A DNA stretch of 64,000 bases from Bacteroidales bacterium (GTDB lineage Bacteria; Bacteroidota; Bacteroidia; Bacteroidales; VadinHA17): the NCBI GenBank assembly GCA_007132995.1, contig SLNP01000023.1, positions 618 through 64,617 on the forward strand. Direction: 5' to 3'. This document shows, piece after piece, positions 60,929 to 64,000 of this stretch. The translations under genes were made by a program, and so were the position numbers. Position 1 is the stretch's first letter, and every line of letters starts with the position of its first letter. Under the pieces are notes generated by a model. It had not been told where the DNA came from. It saw nothing but the letters and a program-made list of their open reading frames with translations, and made no database searches.

Positions 60929-61366
60929 TTAAATCTTCTTCTGCTCTGTCCCCTTCACCTCTCCCCTTCTGAAACGAATGGTATAGTAGAACTGATCGTC
61001 GCTTAAAGTGATACTGTATCTCTCTTCTCCTCTCGTTTCCGCCCACTCGTTTTCTCCGATTCTTCTATAGAGCGAATCCAGCCTGCTAACCTTCTCTCTG
61101 TAAAATGCCCTGTCGAATATTAGTCGTACCTCCAGACACCTCTCTTTATCATCAAAGAAGAAGAGTATGGTTTGTCTCTCCCCTCTGTCAACATATCTCA
61201 GAAGCGACAGCTCTTCGCTTCCCCTGTATCTTTGCAGGGAAAAATCATACATCTTCTCGCTCATATAACTCGCAACCTCATCTCGCGACCGACCCACAAG
61301 ATTTTGTGACTCGGCATAAGTGAGGTTAAGAGATATTGCCATAGCAATTACAGTCAACACTTTCAT
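60929..61366 (-). CDS. Hypothetical exported protein
   Basis: Signal-like N-terminus; sits between moxR and DUF58 with very short gaps. Confidence 0.7.
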   Translation of the reverse strand: MKVLTVIAMAISLNLTYAESQNLVGRSRDEVASYMSEKMYDFSLQRYRGSEELSLLRYVDRGERQTILFFFDDKERCLEVRLIFDRAFYREKVSRLDSLYRRIGENEWAETRGEERYSITLSDDQFYYTIRFRRGEVKGTEQKKI

Positions 61367-61381
61367 AAATTCATATATAGA

Positions 61382-62377
61382 TTAAGGCACCTCAACCTTG
61401 TTGAGTATCTCTGATATTATTTCGTCAGTAGTTACATTTTCAGCCTCCGCTTCATAGGTGAGACCTATCCTGTGACGCATCACATCGTGACAGACAGCCC
61501 TGACATCTTCCGGAATAACATACCCACGGTGTCTGATAAATGCATACGCTTTAGATGCCAGTGATATATTAACCGATGCCCTGGGCGAACTGCCATACTC
61601 TATCATCGGAGTTAGTTTCTCCAGCCCCTCTCTCTCCGGGAACCTGGTAGCGAAGACTATATTGAGAATATAGTCCTCTATCTTCTCATCCATATAGACC
61701 TCCCTTACAACATCTCTGGCTGCAATTATATCCGCAACCGAAAGAACCCTTGAAGCTGTTGGGAACTCCCTGGCCAGATTCTCCCTGATTATAAGCCTCT
61801 CCTCTTCGACAGAGGGGTAGGTTATCAGCACCTTCATCATAAATCTGTCTGTCTGGGCTTCGGGCAGCGGGTAGGTACCTTCCTGCTCAATCGGGTTCTG
61901 TGTTGCAAGAACCATAAAGGGGTCATCAAGTTTATAGCTGATATCCCCTATCGTCACCTGACGCTCCTGCATACACTCAAGAAGGGCGCTCTGAACTTTG
62001 GCCGGAGACCTGTTAATCTCATCAGCCAGAATAAAGTTGGCAAAGAGCGGCCCTTTTCTCACAACAAACTCTTCTTTCTTCTGGCTGTATATCATGGTTC
62101 CTGTAAGGTCGGCCGGAAGAAGGTCGGGTGTGAACTGTATCCGGTTAAAACTGGCGTCAATGATTGATGCCAGCGTTCTCACTGCCAATGTCTTGGCAAG
62201 TCCCGGCACCCCTTCAAGGAGAATATGCCCGTTGGTAAGTAGTCCTGTAAGAAGCGAGTCAGTAAGATTCTTCTGCCCGAATATAACCTTACCCATCTCG
62301 TCTCTGATGGTCTTGATAAAGGCGCTCTCCTTCTCAATCTTCTCATTCAGCAGCTTAATGTCCACTCTCTGTTCCAT
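61382..62377 (-). CDS. moxR: MoxR family AAA+ ATPase
   Basis: GVPGLAKT, RIQFTPDLLP, DEINR, ATQNPIEQEGTYPLPEAQ. Confidence 0.96.
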   Translation of the reverse strand: MEQRVDIKLLNEKIEKESAFIKTIRDEMGKVIFGQKNLTDSLLTGLLTNGHILLEGVPGLAKTLAVRTLASIIDASFNRIQFTPDLLPADLTGTMIYSQKKEEFVVRKGPLFANFILADEINRSPAKVQSALLECMQERQVTIGDISYKLDDPFMVLATQNPIEQEGTYPLPEAQTDRFMMKVLITYPSVEEERLIIRENLAREFPTASRVLSVADIIAARDVVREVYMDEKIEDYILNIVFATRFPEREGLEKLTPMIEYGSSPRASVNISLASKAYAFIRHRGYVIPEDVRAVCHDVMRHRIGLTYEAEAENVTTDEIISEILNKVEVP

Positions 62378-62507
62378 ATCAAATAGTGATTACTCATCAA
62401 TGAAAAATGTAAGCGCCGATTACTCCATAAACCGGAGCAAGCCGGCGACTTATATTACTACCCTCAGCGGGTGTCACGCAAAAGAAATTTTTTATCTCAA
62501 AATAGCT

Positions 62508-62534
62508 TCTTAATGACTGTTAAAGTTATGTTAA
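62508..62534 (-). promoter_or_regulatory. TTAACA direct repeats upstream of the moxR promoter
   Basis: Minus strand TTAACA-taact-TTAACA-gtca-TTAAGA, just upstream of a TTTG -33 element. Confidence 0.45.
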
Positions 62535-63727
62535 ACAGCGAGGCTTCTCCGCCTCTTCAGCCAGATGCCGGTTTCGCCCAGAAACCAGAGCCTGACAAGA
62601 AGAATTAGAACAAGCGGCAGCATTGAAGGATTAAAAGCCTGGGGAAGAAAAGGCGCAGCTACCAGGAATATGGTAATAACAGAGAGGTTTATCCGGTGTA
62701 TAGCCGGAGAGCTCTTCCGGATAAAAAGGGCGATAAAAGAGAGTATTATAAGAGGATTTGCCCATATAGTATTTAAATTGTGGCCCGTAGCATCGTGATC
62801 GGTAAAAAAAGTAACAAACCATATCAGGAGTGCAAGCAGGGAGAAGAGCCCGGTTATGGTAAGGTCAAAAGGTGCTCTGACCCCTTTCAGACGCTTGCTA
62901 ACCGATATTAAGAGTGTAAGAACCAACAGAGCAGACAATATTATGCCCGGCGACAGCAGCAGGGGTGTGCGTGTTGCAGATGACTCGAATCTCAGTACAG
63001 TTGTCGGCTTTGAAAGCAGTGGCATCTCTACCCCCTCTCTCAATATAGTCGCTGAGGTCAGGTTGTACATAAGGTAGTCGGGAAGAAACATCTGGTCAGA
63101 CTCATCGGCCCTCTTATCGGCAGGCATACCGAGAAGCATGTCTATTCCCAGATCGAGCCATCTCATATTACTCTGGTATATGCTCAGCAGATCCCTGAAG
63201 GTTGGAAGAGTCTCCTCTTCTGCCCTCTCAAGCGATATCCTGCCTGCTGTTGCATCAACCAGTATATCTCTTATACGCGTTGCACAGTTATCGTAAAAAA
63301 AGTCATACCTGTATTTTACATTCTCCGGCTTAAGGTTCTCTTCAACCAGTTCAATAAGTTTTTCCAATTCGTCAGCTGTAAGGAATATCTCCTGCGAATG
63401 AACATCTCTCTCTTCGAAGGTGTATTCAGCGAGAAACCTGTTGTAAGAGTAAGCGATAAGCATATAGTCAAGCCTCCCCTTAATAAATCTGTATGCAAAG
63501 TTGGGAGTTGAGAAGTCGAAGACACCCCAGTTAAAGACCTGATCATAATTCTGTGACTCATTAACAAGTCGCAGCGCGCTGTGTCCGTAAATAGAGTAGA
63601 TCTCTACCCCGGGATCCACTGTGAGAAGATATAGCCTGTAATCGTTCTCCTCGTCAGCCGACAATGGCAGCGAGAGGGGCGGTAGCAGGGTAAGCATAAG
63701 TAGTGCAAGCGCTCTTTTTATGGTCAT
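62531..63727 (-). CDS. DUF4105 protein with C-terminal TM helices (Lnb-like lipoprotein N-acyltransferase)
   Basis: YGHSALR, FNWGVFDF, YDFFYDNCATR, MFLP; about five C-terminal TM segments. Confidence 0.8.
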   Translation of the reverse strand: MTIKRALALLMLTLLPPLSLPLSADEENDYRLYLLTVDPGVEIYSIYGHSALRLVNESQNYDQVFNWGVFDFSTPNFAYRFIKGRLDYMLIAYSYNRFLAEYTFEERDVHSQEIFLTADELEKLIELVEENLKPENVKYRYDFFYDNCATRIRDILVDATAGRISLERAEEETLPTFRDLLSIYQSNMRWLDLGIDMLLGMPADKRADESDQMFLPDYLMYNLTSATILREGVEMPLLSKPTTVLRFESSATRTPLLLSPGIILSALLVLTLLISVSKRLKGVRAPFDLTITGLFSLLALLIWFVTFFTDHDATGHNLNTIWANPLIILSFIALFIRKSSPAIHRINLSVITIFLVAAPFLPQAFNPSMLPLVLILLVRLWFLGETGIWLKRRRSLAV

Positions 63728-63837
63728 ATCTTTGTGGCTTTGAAAGGTTATTGCAAACCTAACTCTTTTTGTCAAAAGTCTCGCATCATAGTTGCCGGTC
63801 TGCCACTGCCGAACAAACTTTATATTCGACATCTCAT

Positions 63838-63870
63838 AAAAAAAGCAGGATCGATTATGTGCGATCCTGC
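63838..63870 (-). terminator. Intrinsic terminator after tRNA-Arg
   Basis: Minus strand GCAGGATCG...CGATCCTGC followed by U7. Confidence 0.88.
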
Positions 63871-63879
63871 CAGTGGTGA

Positions 63880-63956
63880 TGGTGATTCCGGAGGGATTCG
63901 AACCCCCGACCCACAGCTTAGAAGGCTGTTGCTCTATCCAGCTGAGCTACGGAACC
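63880..63956 (-). tRNA. tRNA-Arg(TCT)
   Basis: GGTTCCGTAGCTCAGCTGGATAGAGCAACAGCCTTCTAAGCTGTGGGTCGGGGGTTCGAATCCCTCCGGAATCACCA; CCA encoded. Confidence 0.97.
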
Positions 63957-64000
63957 TCAATCCGGCTGCAAAATTAAACCTTTTTCCCGTTTGTGCAACT

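Noticed and set aside
63874..63885. TCACCA duplication at the tRNA-Arg 3' end as an att scar
   Set aside because: Only 6 bp and adjacent, with no mobile element

Overview
Core chromosomal segment of an anaerobic Bacteroidota genome, most likely Bacteroidales/Marinilabiliales-like (TAnnTTTG promoters, DUF4295, Bat operon, Lnb-like DUF4105). Left to right: a ~900-bp non-coding region with microsatellites, mini-hairpins, a GTAG-type REP and four TTACA-N2-TGTAA palindromes before an XRE gene; pyrK-pyrD-Lrp/AsnC; a His-rich membrane leader with a RAPP motif ahead of a ZnuD-like TonB receptor; tRNA-Lys; SDR, putative OMP, YfcC, RelA/SpoT homologue; a dinB-dnaE2 cassette divergent from an XRE-S24 (LexA-like) repressor; TPR-gyrA/clpC; rpmB-rpmG-DUF4295-ftsY-rimO; cinA, fabG, sucD, mnmE; a seven-gene Na+-type V/A-ATPase operon; USP, gltS, EamA; nrfHA; ung; a transsulfuration enzyme; a candidate sRNA; the moxR-bat operon; DUF4105 and tRNA-Arg. 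No transposase, integrase, prophage or CRISPR array was seen. The best leads are (1) the structured non-coding region plus XRE gene, a possible origin-like locus without DnaA boxes, (2) the RAPP metal-sensing leader, (3) the LexA-like mutasome cassette with a candidate operator and an (AG)10 tract in dnaE2, and (4) the candidate ECF-driven sRNA. All calls come from reading motifs; no database searches were run.
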